Shown: positions 30,020 through 39,718 of the stretch, piece after piece | Numbering within the stretch: the stretch's first letter is position 1 | Layout: every line of letters begins with the position of its first letter | DNA from: Candidatus Fermentibacteraceae bacterium | GTDB taxonomy: Bacteria > Fermentibacterota > Fermentibacteria > Fermentibacterales > JCC-6 | DNA length: 42,218 bases | Reading direction: 5' to 3' | NCBI GenBank assembly: GCA_041686025.1 | Contig: JAWLEP010000027.1 | Coordinates: 1-42,218 of the forward strand | Translations under genes and position numbers: made by a program | The notes under the pieces: generated by a model | The model's database searches: none | What the model saw: the letters and a program-made list of their open reading frames with translations, nothing else | What the model was told of the DNA's origin: nothing

Positions 30020-31338
30020 TTCTCCACCAGTATAGCCATCAGCTCCGCCTGCGCGGCGACGTTCCCGTCCACCTTTGCCGTGCCCCTCATGCGGCAGGTG
30101 GTCCCCCGCATCCTGAGCATCTCCAGCTCGAATACCACCTGGTCGCCCGGCATCACCGGGTTGCGGAACCGGGCCTTGTCTATGCCGGCGAAGTAGACGA
30201 GCCACCTCTCCGGCTGGTCCACTGAGTTGAAGAGCATCAGGCCTCCCACCTGGCCCATGGCCTCCAGCACCAGGACTCCGGGCATGATGGGATTGGCGGG
30301 GAAGTGGCCCTGGAAGAAGGGCTCGTTTATGGTGACGTTCTTGATACCCACGATCCTCTTGCCCGGCTCTATCTCCAGTATCCTGTCCACCAGAAGGAAG
30401 GGGTAGCGGTGGGGCATGATGCTCATGATGTCCCGCACGTCCCATGTCTTCGAGGCCGTGAGCTCCTTGCCGGCACGCTGGTCCTTGCTGCGGTACCGCC
30501 GGGCTATCTCGTTGATGAACTGAACGTTGGATGCGTGTCCGGACTTCGCCGAGATCACGTGTCCCTGGATCCTCCGGCCCAGCAGCGACAGGTCTCCCAG
30601 CAGGTCCAGTATCTTGTGCCGGACGAACTCGTCCCTGAAACGAAGCGGTTCGGGGTTCATGATCCCCTCGTCACCGATCACGATGGCGTTGTCCAGCGTC
30701 CCGCCCTTGATGAGTCCCTTGTCCTGCAGGCTCTTTACGTCGCGGTAGAAGCAGAAGGTCCTGGCCGGAGCGATCTCCCTCTTGAACACCTCGGGGGTGA
30801 TGTCGAAGCTGGCGTACTGCGCCCCCAGAACCTCGTGGTCGTAGTCAATGGTGAAGCTGACCCTGAAGCCGTCGTAGGGCACCACGGTTATCTGGGCGCC
30901 GAAGGCCTCCACGCTCACCGGCTCCACTATCTTCAGTATCTTCCGTGGCTTGTCCAGCTCCCTGATCCCGGCACCCTCCAGGACCTCCACGTAGGGTCTT
31001 ACAGAGCCGTCCTCCGGCTCGGGGGGCTCGTCGGAGTCCAGCTCGATTATGGCGTTGTCCACCTCCAGGCCGTAGAGTGCCGAGAGCACGTGCTCCACGG
31101 TATGGACCTCGAAGTAGTTCTCCCCCAGGGTCGTCCGCCGCGACTGCTCCTCCACCTTCCGGACGTTCATACCGGTGACGTTGATGGACGGCCGGCTCTC
31201 CACGTCCGTGCGTACGAATGTTATTCCGGAGTCGGCCGGAGCCGGCTTGAACGTTATCGTAGTGTCGTTGCCCTTGTGAAGACCCACCCCGCTGTAGGAT
31301 ACCGTGTTTTCCAGGGTTGTCTGATTGGTAGATATCAT
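30016..31338 (-). CDS. lpxC/fabZ: Bifunctional LpxC deacetylase / FabZ dehydratase
   Basis: [36 protein letters not shown], then [36 protein letters not shown] at 31338. Confidence 0.96.
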   Translation of the reverse strand: MISTNQTTLENTVSYSGVGLHKGNDTTITFKPAPADSGITFVRTDVESRPSINVTGMNVRKVEEQSRRTTLGENYFEVHTVEHVLSALYGLEVDNAIIELDSDEPPEPEDGSVRPYVEVLEGAGIRELDKPRKILKIVEPVSVEAFGAQITVVPYDGFRVSFTIDYDHEVLGAQYASFDITPEVFKREIAPARTFCFYRDVKSLQDKGLIKGGTLDNAIVIGDEGIMNPEPLRFRDEFVRHKILDLLGDLSLLGRRIQGHVISAKSGHASNVQFINEIARRYRSKDQRAGKELTASKTWDVRDIMSIMPHRYPFLLVDRILEIEPGKRIVGIKNVTINEPFFQGHFPANPIMPGVLVLEAMGQVGGLMLFNSVDQPERWLVYFAGIDKARFRNPVMPGDQVVFELEMLRMRGTTCRMRGTAKVDGNVAAQAELMAILVEK

Positions 31339-31390
31339 GCTGCCTGCCCTCCAGAGTCCGGTCGTCGAATAGGGAAGGACGCAGGGGAGC

Positions 31391-32419
31391 CTATCGCTCC
31401 GCCTCTCCGCTGCCCGGTTCCCCATCCCCGGACAGCCTTCTGTAGAGCTCGGGCAGCCGCCTGAGGATGGCATCCTGCCTCAGGGCCATCCTGTGGGGCC
31501 TTGCCGGATATCCCGATACAGTGGCACCGGGCTCCACGTCCTTGGTCACACCGGCCTGGGCGCCGATCCTGGCGCCGTCGCCTATGGAGATATGCCCGTT
31601 GATACCCGCCTGGCCGCCGAAGACCACGCCATCCCCGATTACTGTGCTTCCGGCGATTCCGGTCTGGGCTGCTGCGAGGCATCCCCGCCCGAGACGTACA
31701 TTATGGGCCACATGGACCAGGTTGTCTAGCTTGGTGTGAGCGCCTATGACCGTCTCTCCAACCACTGCCCGGTCCACGGTGCATCCGGCCCCTATCTCCA
31801 CGTCGTCGCCCACCCTTACGATCCCGTTCTGGGGAACCTTCAGGTGCCTCCCGTCCGGTCTGGGGACAAAGCCAAAGCCGTCGGATCCCAGTACCGCGCC
31901 GGAGTGCACGATCACCCGCTCACCCAGGACGCAGTCCGCACCGACGCACACTCCGGAGTAGAGGAGGCAGTCCTCCCCCACCCGGCATCCCGGACCCAGG
32001 TGGCAGCCCGATCCGATGGAGCAGCCGGCGCCCACCACGGCATCCCGGTCCACAACCGCGCAGGGGCCCACTCGAACGCCGTCGCCCAGGCGTGCCGACT
32101 CATGGACTACCGCGGTGGGATGAATGCCGGAGAAACCCGAGCTGCGATCCGGGGCGAAGACCTCAAGGGTAACTCTGAAGGCTGCATAGGCGTCCTCCAC
32201 CACTATCTGGGCCTGCGCCGAAGTCTCCACCTGCTGCGAGACTATGACAGCCAGTGCCCCGGTAGTGGCGAGGTACTTCCTGTACTTCCTGTTCCCGTAG
32301 TAGCAGACCTGGTCGGGGCCCGCCTCCTTGAGGGTGGAGACCCCGCTGACCTTCAGCTGTGGATCGCCCCCTACCAGCTTGCCCCGAAGATGCTCGGCGA
32401 GACCGCCGAGGCTAATCAC
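31391..32419 (-). CDS. lpxD: UDP-3-O-acyl-glucosamine N-acyltransferase
   Basis: [56 protein letters not shown]. Confidence 0.96.
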   Translation of the reverse strand: MISLGGLAEHLRGKLVGGDPQLKVSGVSTLKEAGPDQVCYYGNRKYRKYLATTGALAVIVSQQVETSAQAQIVVEDAYAAFRVTLEVFAPDRSSGFSGIHPTAVVHESARLGDGVRVGPCAVVDRDAVVGAGCSIGSGCHLGPGCRVGEDCLLYSGVCVGADCVLGERVIVHSGAVLGSDGFGFVPRPDGRHLKVPQNGIVRVGDDVEIGAGCTVDRAVVGETVIGAHTKLDNLVHVAHNVRLGRGCLAAAQTGIAGSTVIGDGVVFGGQAGINGHISIGDGARIGAQAGVTKDVEPGATVSGYPARPHRMALRQDAILRRLPELYRRLSGDGEPGSGEAER

Positions 32420-32921
32420 TGCCGCCGCCGGCCGCCAGCCTCTCGATCACCTCGTCGGTTATGTCAATGGAGGGGTCGGCGAAGACCACAAGCCCCTCCG
32501 AGGCATCGATGACCAGGTCGTAGTCCTCCTCGTTGCTCATCTCCTGTACGGTCTCGTTGATGCTGGCCACAATGGGGGACACCAGCTCCTCGTTGCGGCT
32601 CTCAACGGTCCCGCCGGGACCGAACACGTCCGAAAGGTAGCCCTCCAGCTCGGCCCTCTTGTCATCGAGAAGCCGCTCCTTCTCCCGTCTGGTCTCGGGG
32701 CTCATCATCAGCGTCCTGGACAGCTCCCGCTCCAGCTGGTCGATCTCGTCCTGCAGCGAGTCGGCGTGGGCCCTGTACTCCTCGATCTCCGTCTCCAGGA
32801 GCTCCCGGGCATCGGACACCTCGCCCAGCGACTCGAATATCCGGTCCGAGTCGATCACGGCCACCGACTGCGCCAGCGCACAGGCTGCCAGAACGGCCGC
32901 CGCGGCAATGCCGTATCTCAT
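32412..32921 (-). CDS. skp: OmpH/Skp periplasmic chaperone
   Basis: Signal peptide, VAVIDSDRIF, coiled coil, YDLVID...DITDEVI. Lies between bamA and lpxD. Confidence 0.9.
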   Translation of the reverse strand: MRYGIAAAAVLAACALAQSVAVIDSDRIFESLGEVSDARELLETEIEEYRAHADSLQDEIDQLERELSRTLMMSPETRREKERLLDDKRAELEGYLSDVFGPGGTVESRNEELVSPIVASINETVQEMSNEEDYDLVIDASEGLVVFADPSIDITDEVIERLAAGGGSD

Positions 32922-32939
32922 CTCAATCTCCTTCGGTGG

Positions 32940-35168
32940 CTAGAACTCGGTTCCTATCTGGAAATGCGGCCTCCATCCCCTGTCTGGACCATCGAAGCCG
33001 TAGGCGTAGTCCAGGCCCAGTACTCCCAGCATCGGCACCTCCACCCGGATTCCCATGCCTGCTCCCCTGTTGAGATTCCAGAACTCGGTGTCCGACCAGG
33101 AGTTCCAGGCATCTCCGGCGTCTGCGAAGACCGAAAGCTGCAGCTGGTCTATCACCCTGAAGCGGTACTCGGCGGAGAGGATCATCATGGTCCTCCCCCC
33201 CACGGTCTCGAATCCCGACACGGCCCCGATGGAGTTGTCGTCGTAGCCGCGCAGGCCGTAGAAGCCGGTTCCGCCCAGCTCGAACAGCTCGTAGGCGGGG
33301 GGCTCCCTGCCGGCCAGCGAGGCGATGGTTCCCGCCCTCAGCCGGAGGGTGAGGAAGAACTTCCAGAAGGCCGGCATGTGCCATGCGCTGTCCAGCAGGT
33401 ACTTGGCGAAGCCGATGTTGCCCCCCAGCACGCCTCCGGCGTACTCGGCCGAGATGGAGTTTCGCGACCCCTCTCCGGGAAAGACCTTGCGGTCGCGGCT
33501 GTCCCGGAGGACGGTGAAACGCAGCGAGCTGGTCCAGCGCGGCCACTGCAGGTCCCTGAGGTCGTAGTAGAAGCTGGTGGAGTCGTCGGTGATGTTGTAG
33601 ACGTTCACCTTCTCCAGCGTGTACCGGGTGGAAACCGACAGGAAGTCCACCCAGGGCACGGGCCTGCCCACTGTTACTGCCCCGCCGGTGCGCTTCCTGT
33701 CGTACTGCGTATAATCGCTGGTGGTGTGGAAGAGCTCTCCGCCCAGGCTCAGTGGAGTGTCCCGGAACCACGGCTCGGTGAAACCGAGCTGTATGTCGTT
33801 GCGCCTCTTCGAGAAGGTGTAGTTGATGTTGATGCTCTGCCCCCGGCCGAACAGGTTGCTCTCCCCCAGCTCCAGATAACCGTTCAGGCCCTCCTGGCCG
33901 CTGTAGCCGGCGCCTATCCCGGCCCTGCCCGTGGTCTTTTCCTCCACCTCTACGATCAGGTCTATGTCGGAGGAGCCCTCTATCATGTTGAAATCGGGGA
34001 TAACGTTGTTGAAGTAGTTGAGGTAGTAGACGTTGCGAATGCTGCGCATCAGGCTGGTCCTGGTGAAGAGGTCGCCGGGGTAGATCTTCAGCTCGCGGCG
34101 GATCACGTTGTCGTGGGTACGGGTGTTGCCCACTATGTCCACCCGCCGGATATGCGCCCGCTCCCCTTCGTCTACGCGGAACTCCAGCGCCAGCGTGGAA
34201 TCGTTCTCGGGGGTCACGGAGGGGCTGGCCTGGGCGTAGAAGTATCCCCGGTCCTGAAGGACCTGGTAGATGTTCTCCAGCGACCGCTGCAGCTCCTCGG
34301 AGTCGAACTCCTCCCCGGTCTCTATCTCCAGGGCCTTCTGCAGAAGGCTGTCGGGCACGTTCTGGTTGCCGCCGAAGCTCAGCCGGCCGAAACGGTACTT
34401 CCTGCCCTCGCTGACGCTGATGTCCAGCCTCAGGTGGCGGCCGTCCTCCATAACCGTCCGCGCGATCCCGGTGACTCGGGCGTAGGGGTATCCGTGGTTG
34501 CCGTAGAAGTCCTCTATCTTCGTCCGGTCCTCGCGAAGAGTGGACTCCCGAAGCCTGCCGGAGCGCCAGAAGGTGTCCTCGTGGGTGTCCATCTCGCCGC
34601 GCAGCTTGTCGTCGCTGAAGGCCTCGTTGCCGGTGAAGACGATCTCGCCCACCCTGACGTCGGGGCCCTGGCGGCACTCGAACACCAGCTCGCTGCGGCC
34701 ATCGAGGTCCGGGGGCTCCCAGCGGGCGTCCACCTCGGCGAAATGCCTGTGCTCCTCCTCGTACATCCCCAGGATTATCTGCCTGGCCCTCTCCACGTCC
34801 ATGCCGGAGACGGTCTGGCCGGGAAGAAGGGTCAGCGAGTCCCGGACGTCACCCACGTCCAGCTCGCCGGGGTTCTCGAACCTGTAGTCGCTGAGTATGT
34901 GGTTCTCCGAGACGCTGATGGTGAGGTCCACCTGGTCCTCCAGGGTGTCCGCCAGCACCTCTATCCGGCTGAAGTAGCCCAGGCCGAACAGGTTGCGTAT
35001 GCCCTGGCTCACCGACATGGGGCGCAGCTCGTACCCGGGCAGGCTGCCGAAGCTCCGGATGATCAGGGAGTCGCTGACGAACCCGTTGCCCTCCACAGCG
35101 ACATCTCCCACCGGAAGGGACAGTGCGGACGCGGCCAGAATCGTTGCTGCCAGGAGTCCGAGCCTCAC
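32940..35168 (-). CDS. bamA: Outer membrane protein assembly factor BamA
   Basis: POTRA repeats (VAVEGN, IVFTGNEAF, GNTRTHDNVIRRE), ESNLFGRGQ, FTEPWF, LRGY, C-terminal FQIGTEF. Confidence 0.96.
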   Translation of the reverse strand: MRLGLLAATILAASALSLPVGDVAVEGNGFVSDSLIIRSFGSLPGYELRPMSVSQGIRNLFGLGYFSRIEVLADTLEDQVDLTISVSENHILSDYRFENPGELDVGDVRDSLTLLPGQTVSGMDVERARQIILGMYEEEHRHFAEVDARWEPPDLDGRSELVFECRQGPDVRVGEIVFTGNEAFSDDKLRGEMDTHEDTFWRSGRLRESTLREDRTKIEDFYGNHGYPYARVTGIARTVMEDGRHLRLDISVSEGRKYRFGRLSFGGNQNVPDSLLQKALEIETGEEFDSEELQRSLENIYQVLQDRGYFYAQASPSVTPENDSTLALEFRVDEGERAHIRRVDIVGNTRTHDNVIRRELKIYPGDLFTRTSLMRSIRNVYYLNYFNNVIPDFNMIEGSSDIDLIVEVEEKTTGRAGIGAGYSGQEGLNGYLELGESNLFGRGQSININYTFSKRRNDIQLGFTEPWFRDTPLSLGGELFHTTSDYTQYDRKRTGGAVTVGRPVPWVDFLSVSTRYTLEKVNVYNITDDSTSFYYDLRDLQWPRWTSSLRFTVLRDSRDRKVFPGEGSRNSISAEYAGGVLGGNIGFAKYLLDSAWHMPAFWKFFLTLRLRAGTIASLAGREPPAYELFELGGTGFYGLRGYDDNSIGAVSGFETVGGRTMMILSAEYRFRVIDQLQLSVFADAGDAWNSWSDTEFWNLNRGAGMGIRVEVPMLGVLGLDYAYGFDGPDRGWRPHFQIGTEF

Positions 35169-37621
35169 TTCGTCTTGCTTCCAGACGTTGTGGCCACCTC
35201 GTGGTGACGGTCGGCATCGCTGTCAGCCTTGACGAAGACCAGCTCGTCGCCGCGGCGGACGGCCCTTATGTCGTCCCCCGGGCCAAACCTCCCGCGCAGC
35301 AGGGCGTCGGTGAGGGGGTCCTCCACCAGCCGCTGAATGGCCCGACGCAGGTGCCGGGCGCCGCTGCGGGGGTCGTAGCCGCTCTCGGAGATGAGGGTGT
35401 GGGCCTCTTCGGTTATCTCCAGGGAGAGCCCCATCTCGTCCAGGCGGCCGCGCACGTCGCGGAGCTGTATGTCCACTATCTTCTCGATGTCACTGGGCTT
35501 GAGGGTGTTGAATACCACGGTCTCGTCCAGGCGGTTGATGAACTCAAGGTTGAAGAAGCGCTTCATCCCCTCCATGGCGATCTCCCTGGCCCTGTCGTCG
35601 TCGCTGGCGCCGTTGCCGCCTGCGAAGCCCAGCTTTCCGGAATGCAGCTCCTTGGAGGCGATGTTGCTGGTCATGATCAGTATGGTGTTGGTGAAGTCCA
35701 CCGACCTGCCGTAGGAGTCGGTCATCCGGCCGTAGTCCATCACCTGCAGAAGCATGTTGAACAGGTCGGCGTGTGCCTTCTCCACCTCGTCCAGCAGCAC
35801 GACGGAGTAGGGCCTGCGGCGCACCTTCTCGGTGAGCTGGCCGCCGTCGTCGTAGCCCACGTATCCTGGAGGGGCTCCCACCAGGCGCGACCCGGCGAAG
35901 CTCTCCTGGAACTCGGACATGTCCATCCGTATCAGGGCCGACTGCTCCCCGAAGACCTGCTCGGCCAGCACCCTGGCCGTCTCGGTCTTTCCCACCCCGG
36001 AGGGACCCAGGAAGAGGAAGGCGCCGGCGGGACGGGCCTGGTTGCGCAGCCCCACGCGGCTGCGCCGGATGGCGTTGGCGATCACCGCAATGGCCTGGTC
36101 CTGGCCCACTATGTGCCGCCTCAGACGCTCCTCGAGGTCCACCAGCTGCTGAAGCTCGTTGTCCCCCACCCTGTTGACCGGGATTCCGGTCATCTCGGAG
36201 ACCACCTCGGCCACCAGGTCGGCGGTGACCGCCTCCACCTCCACGGCGGCATGCCATGCGGCCCGGCGCCGGGAGAGGTCGCTGCGCAGCTCGTCTATGC
36301 GCTCGCGGAGCCTGACGGCCCTGTCGAAGTCGCGCTGCTCGGAGCTCTCCCTCTTGGTCTCCTCCAGCTCCTCTATCCTGTCTTCCAGCTCCAGTATCTC
36401 CGAGGGGATCTCGGATGCGGTGAGCCTGGTCCTGGCCCCGGCCTCGTCCAGCACGTCGATGGCCTTGTCCGGCAGGAAGCGTCCGCTTATGAAGCGGTCG
36501 GCCAGCCTGGCGCAGGCCTCCACGGCCTCGTCGGTGTACTCGGTGCCGTGATGCTCCTGGTACTGGTGCCGCAGGCCCTCCAGTATCTCTATGGTCTGCT
36601 CCACGCTGGGCGGGTCCACGGCCACCGGCTGGAAGCGCCGCTCCAGGGCGCCGTCCTTCTCGATGCGGCGGCGGTACTCGTCCAGTGTGGTTGCGCCTAT
36701 GCACTGTATCTGCCCCCTGGCCAGCGCCGGCTTCAGCAGGTTCGCCGCGTCTATGGCGCCCTCGGCGGCCCCGGCCCCCACCACGGAGTGGACCTCGTCT
36801 ATGAAGAGGACCACGTCGCCCTCCTCCACGATCTCGTTTATCAGGGCCTTCAGGCGCTCCTCGAACTGCCCGCGGTACTTGGTGCCCGCTATCACCCCTG
36901 CCATGTCCAGGGCCAGCAGCCGCTTGTCGTGCAGGGCCTCGGGAACGTGGTCCTCCACCACCAGCTGGGCCAGGCCCTCTACGATTGCGGTCTTGCCCAC
37001 GCCGGGCTCGCCTATGAGGACGGGATTGGACTTCTTGCGCCGGCAGAGGACCTGTATGAGCCTGTCGATCTCCCGCTTGCGCCCGATGACAGGGTCCAGC
37101 TTCCCGCGGCGGGCCATGTCGGTGAGGTCGTGGCAGAAGAACTCCAGGGCGGAGGATGTCTCCTCCTCCTTTGCCTTCTCGGCGGCGGTGGGCAGCTCCT
37201 TCACCCGGGCCACCGTCTTCTCCAGGGTAACCGACATCTCCCGCAGCAGGGTGGAAGCCATGCAGGAGCCCACAGCCAGAAGGCCCAGCAGCAGATGCTC
37301 GGTACCTATCTTGCGCTGCTTCAGCATGCCCGCCTGCCGGCTGGCCTCGTGCAGCACCAGCCTTGCCTTGGTGGTCCAGCCCACCTCGTGCCGGGGGACC
37401 GTGACGCCCGGGGGCTTTCGCATGAAGCCCTCCAGGCGGAAGCGAAGCTCGGCGGGCTTCACGTTCAGGCTCTGCAGAACGGTTACGGCCTTCGCTCCCT
37501 TTACCGAGAGGATGCCGTAGAGGATGTGCTCGGAGCCCACCTTCGTCTGCCCCGCCTTGCTGGCCTCTGCCCTGGCAATGTTTAGAGAGCTTCTGGCCCT
37601 GTCGCTGAACTGGTCGGGCAA
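35165..37621 (-). CDS. clpC: ATP-dependent Clp protease ATP-binding subunit ClpC
   Basis: Two Clp-N repeats ([13 protein letters not shown]), [18 protein letters not shown]-like coiled coil, [21 protein letters not shown] ClpP-binding loop. Confidence 0.93.
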   Translation of the reverse strand: MPDQFSDRARSSLNIARAEASKAGQTKVGSEHILYGILSVKGAKAVTVLQSLNVKPAELRFRLEGFMRKPPGVTVPRHEVGWTTKARLVLHEASRQAGMLKQRKIGTEHLLLGLLAVGSCMASTLLREMSVTLEKTVARVKELPTAAEKAKEEETSSALEFFCHDLTDMARRGKLDPVIGRKREIDRLIQVLCRRKKSNPVLIGEPGVGKTAIVEGLAQLVVEDHVPEALHDKRLLALDMAGVIAGTKYRGQFEERLKALINEIVEEGDVVLFIDEVHSVVGAGAAEGAIDAANLLKPALARGQIQCIGATTLDEYRRRIEKDGALERRFQPVAVDPPSVEQTIEILEGLRHQYQEHHGTEYTDEAVEACARLADRFISGRFLPDKAIDVLDEAGARTRLTASEIPSEILELEDRIEELEETKRESSEQRDFDRAVRLRERIDELRSDLSRRRAAWHAAVEVEAVTADLVAEVVSEMTGIPVNRVGDNELQQLVDLEERLRRHIVGQDQAIAVIANAIRRSRVGLRNQARPAGAFLFLGPSGVGKTETARVLAEQVFGEQSALIRMDMSEFQESFAGSRLVGAPPGYVGYDDGGQLTEKVRRRPYSVVLLDEVEKAHADLFNMLLQVMDYGRMTDSYGRSVDFTNTILIMTSNIASKELHSGKLGFAGGNGASDDDRAREIAMEGMKRFFNLEFINRLDETVVFNTLKPSDIEKIVDIQLRDVRGRLDEMGLSLEITEEAHTLISESGYDPRSGARHLRRAIQRLVEDPLTDALLRGRFGPGDDIRAVRRGDELVFVKADSDADRHHEVATTSGSKTK

Positions 37622-37735
37622 TCCGGCCTCCCCTGCTCCGTTTCAACTGTGGCGGCTGGGCCGCCCTCGTACAACCACCATCTACCGCCTGGAGGCGGTT
37701 CGGTTCCATCACGGCATCAAAGCCGCGCCATGGCA

Positions 37736-37764
37736 ATGATAACGGTAATATCCCCGCACTGCAA
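37736..37764 (-). promoter_or_regulatory. Putative sigma70 promoter (TTGCAG-17-TATCAT) for clpC-bamA-lpx
   Basis: Minus strand TTGCAG tgcggggatattaccgt TATCAT in the lolD-clpC gap. Confidence 0.55.
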
Positions 37765-37779
37765 TTGCGCGGGTGGCAG

Positions 37780-38454
37780 TCAGCCCTCCTCCACCACCAG
37801 GCCGTCACGTAGGAAGGTCCGTCTGTGGGCCCTGGAGGCCAGCTCTCTGCTGTGGGTGGCCAGTATGAAGGCCTGGCCCCTCATGTCCGCCAGGTCCAGT
37901 ATCATCTTTTCCACGCGGCCGCTGGCCGCCGCGTCCAGGTTCCCCGTGGGCTCGTCGGCAAGAACCACGTCCGGCTCCCTTATCAGGGCCCTGGCCAGGG
38001 CCGTTCGCTGCCTCTCGCCCCCCGAGACCTGCGAGGGAAAGTGGCCGGCCCGGTGGTCCATCTCCACCTGCCGGAGGAGCTCTCCGGCCCTGTCCGTGGC
38101 GGTACGCCTGCTCTCGCCCGCCAGCAGGAGGGGCATGGCCACGTTCTCTGTAATGGTGAACTCCTCCAGGAGATGGTGGAACTGGAAGACGAAGCCCAGG
38201 GACCTGTTCCTCAGGCGGGCCCTGGCCCTCTCGCTGCCCTTCCAGGCATCGACGCCGCCGATGCGCACGCTTCCTTCGTCCGGCCTGTCAAGTATGCCCA
38301 GTATGTGAAGCAGCGTGCTCTTGCCGCTTCCACTGGGCCCGGATACCGAGACCACCTCTCCCTGACGGACCCCTATGGAGGCCCCCCTCAGTATCTCCAG
38401 CGTGGTGTCGCCCTGCCCGTAGGTTTTCCGTATATCAATGCCCTCCAGTACCAT
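37780..38454 (-). CDS. lolD: Lipoprotein-releasing ABC ATPase LolD
   Basis: GPSGSGKST, LGFVFQFHHLL (LolD motif), SGGERQR, LADEPTGNLD. Start 38454 or 38472. Confidence 0.92.
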   Translation of the reverse strand: MVLEGIDIRKTYGQGDTTLEILRGASIGVRQGEVVSVSGPSGSGKSTLLHILGILDRPDEGSVRIGGVDAWKGSERARARLRNRSLGFVFQFHHLLEEFTITENVAMPLLLAGESRRTATDRAGELLRQVEMDHRAGHFPSQVSGGERQRTALARALIREPDVVLADEPTGNLDAAASGRVEKMILDLADMRGQAFILATHSRELASRAHRRTFLRDGLVVEEG

Positions 38455-38464
38455 CCCGCTTCCT

Positions 38465-39715
38465 CTATTCATACCGCACCGCCTCCGAGGGTGAGATGGA
38501 GAGGGCCGAAAGCGCCGGGATCACCGAAGCCAGCATGCTCGCCGCCAGGGTGGCCGCCGCCAGGGCCAGCGCCAGCAGGGGCTGGAACCTTCCGGAAAGG
38601 ACCTCTATCCAGTACACGCTTCCCTCCAGTCTGATAGGAAGCCAGTTGTTTACTGTATATATGACAGCAAACGCAAACCCGGTACCGGCCAGAGCGCCGC
38701 ACAGGCCGATGAACCCGCCCTGCGACAGCGACGTCCGCAGCAGAAACGCCGGGCTGGCGCCCATGGCCCGCAGCACACCCAGGTCCCTCCTGTGCTCCAG
38801 AGACACCATCGCAAGGGCACTTGAGAGGTTGAGAAGAGCCACTACCGATATCAGCGCCAGCACCACGGTCATGGCCAGCCTCTCCAGCCCCAGGGCGGCG
38901 AACAGGTTGGAGTGCTGCTGCAGAAAGGCCTCCGCCTCCATGTACGTGGGGTGCCGGGCCTCCACGTAGGCCGACCTCAGGGCGGTGGAGAGGCCGGCTG
39001 CCGCCTCCACCGGGTCCGTGCCTGCCCCGGTGCCCACGCCGATGCTCGAGTACTCGGCTCCAGCGCCGAAGAGGCCCCTGCCCGCAGCCATGTCGGCCAC
39101 CACGACCCCGGCGTTGTAGTCCTCTATTCCCAGGTCGGCCACCGCGGCCACCTCCGCGTGCACGATGGTGTCGAGAACCGCCGTGCCCATGCCGGAGACC
39201 TCGGCGGTCTCGGTGGAGGCCAGCCGCACCTCGTCTCCCTCCTCCACCTGCAGGCGTCCGGCCAGATCGCGTCCCAGAAGGACCCCCTCCCGGCTCCTGC
39301 CCTCCATCATGTCCGGCAGGCGGGTAATGCCCTCCTCGCCCATCCAGCTCACCGCCCACAGCTCCGCCCCGGCTACGCTGCCGCCGGCTCCCGCCAGTAT
39401 CACCGTTCCGGTGGAACGGGGCGACACGCCGTCCAGGCCCGCGGTCCGGGCCGCCAGGGAGTCCACCAGGGCCAGGTCGCCCTCATCCAGGGCATATCCT
39501 CCGGGCGCCCTGACCACCACCGGGGGGTTCACCCTGTTCAGCGAACGCATAATGGAGCCTGTGAAGCCGCTCATGAAGGCGTTGAGTATCAGCAGAGCCG
39601 CCACCCCTATGGCCAGACCCAACACGCTCAGTGCCGAGACGGTGCGTATGAAGCCGGAGTGGGAGGGGCTGAACAGCTGCCGCATCCCCACCCTCAGCGC
39701 CAGCGGAGCCGGCAA
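38465..39715 (-). CDS. Lipoprotein-releasing ABC permease (LolC/E, single LolF-type)
   Basis: SALSVLGLAIGVAALLILNAFMSGF, NLFAALGLER, RDLGVLRAMGAS, PSEAVRYE. Lies between lysS and lolD. Confidence 0.85.
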   Translation of the reverse strand: MPAPLALRVGMRQLFSPSHSGFIRTVSALSVLGLAIGVAALLILNAFMSGFTGSIMRSLNRVNPPVVVRAPGGYALDEGDLALVDSLAARTAGLDGVSPRSTGTVILAGAGGSVAGAELWAVSWMGEEGITRLPDMMEGRSREGVLLGRDLAGRLQVEEGDEVRLASTETAEVSGMGTAVLDTIVHAEVAAVADLGIEDYNAGVVVADMAAGRGLFGAGAEYSSIGVGTGAGTDPVEAAAGLSTALRSAYVEARHPTYMEAEAFLQQHSNLFAALGLERLAMTVVLALISVVALLNLSSALAMVSLEHRRDLGVLRAMGASPAFLLRTSLSQGGFIGLCGALAGTGFAFAVIYTVNNWLPIRLEGSVYWIEVLSGRFQPLLALALAAATLAASMLASVIPALSALSISPSEAVRYE

Positions 39716-39718
39716 GGC

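Noticed and set aside
30016..31338. LpxC-FabZ fusion as a novelty
   Set aside because: This fusion is well known in Bacteroidota, Chlorobi and related lineages; it serves only as a taxonomic hint.
38651..38669. Resemblance of TACTGTATATATGACAGCA to the gammaproteobacterial LexA SOS box
   Set aside because: The spacer is N7 rather than the required CTGT-N8-ACAG, the site is intragenic, and the lineage is unlikely to use that box.
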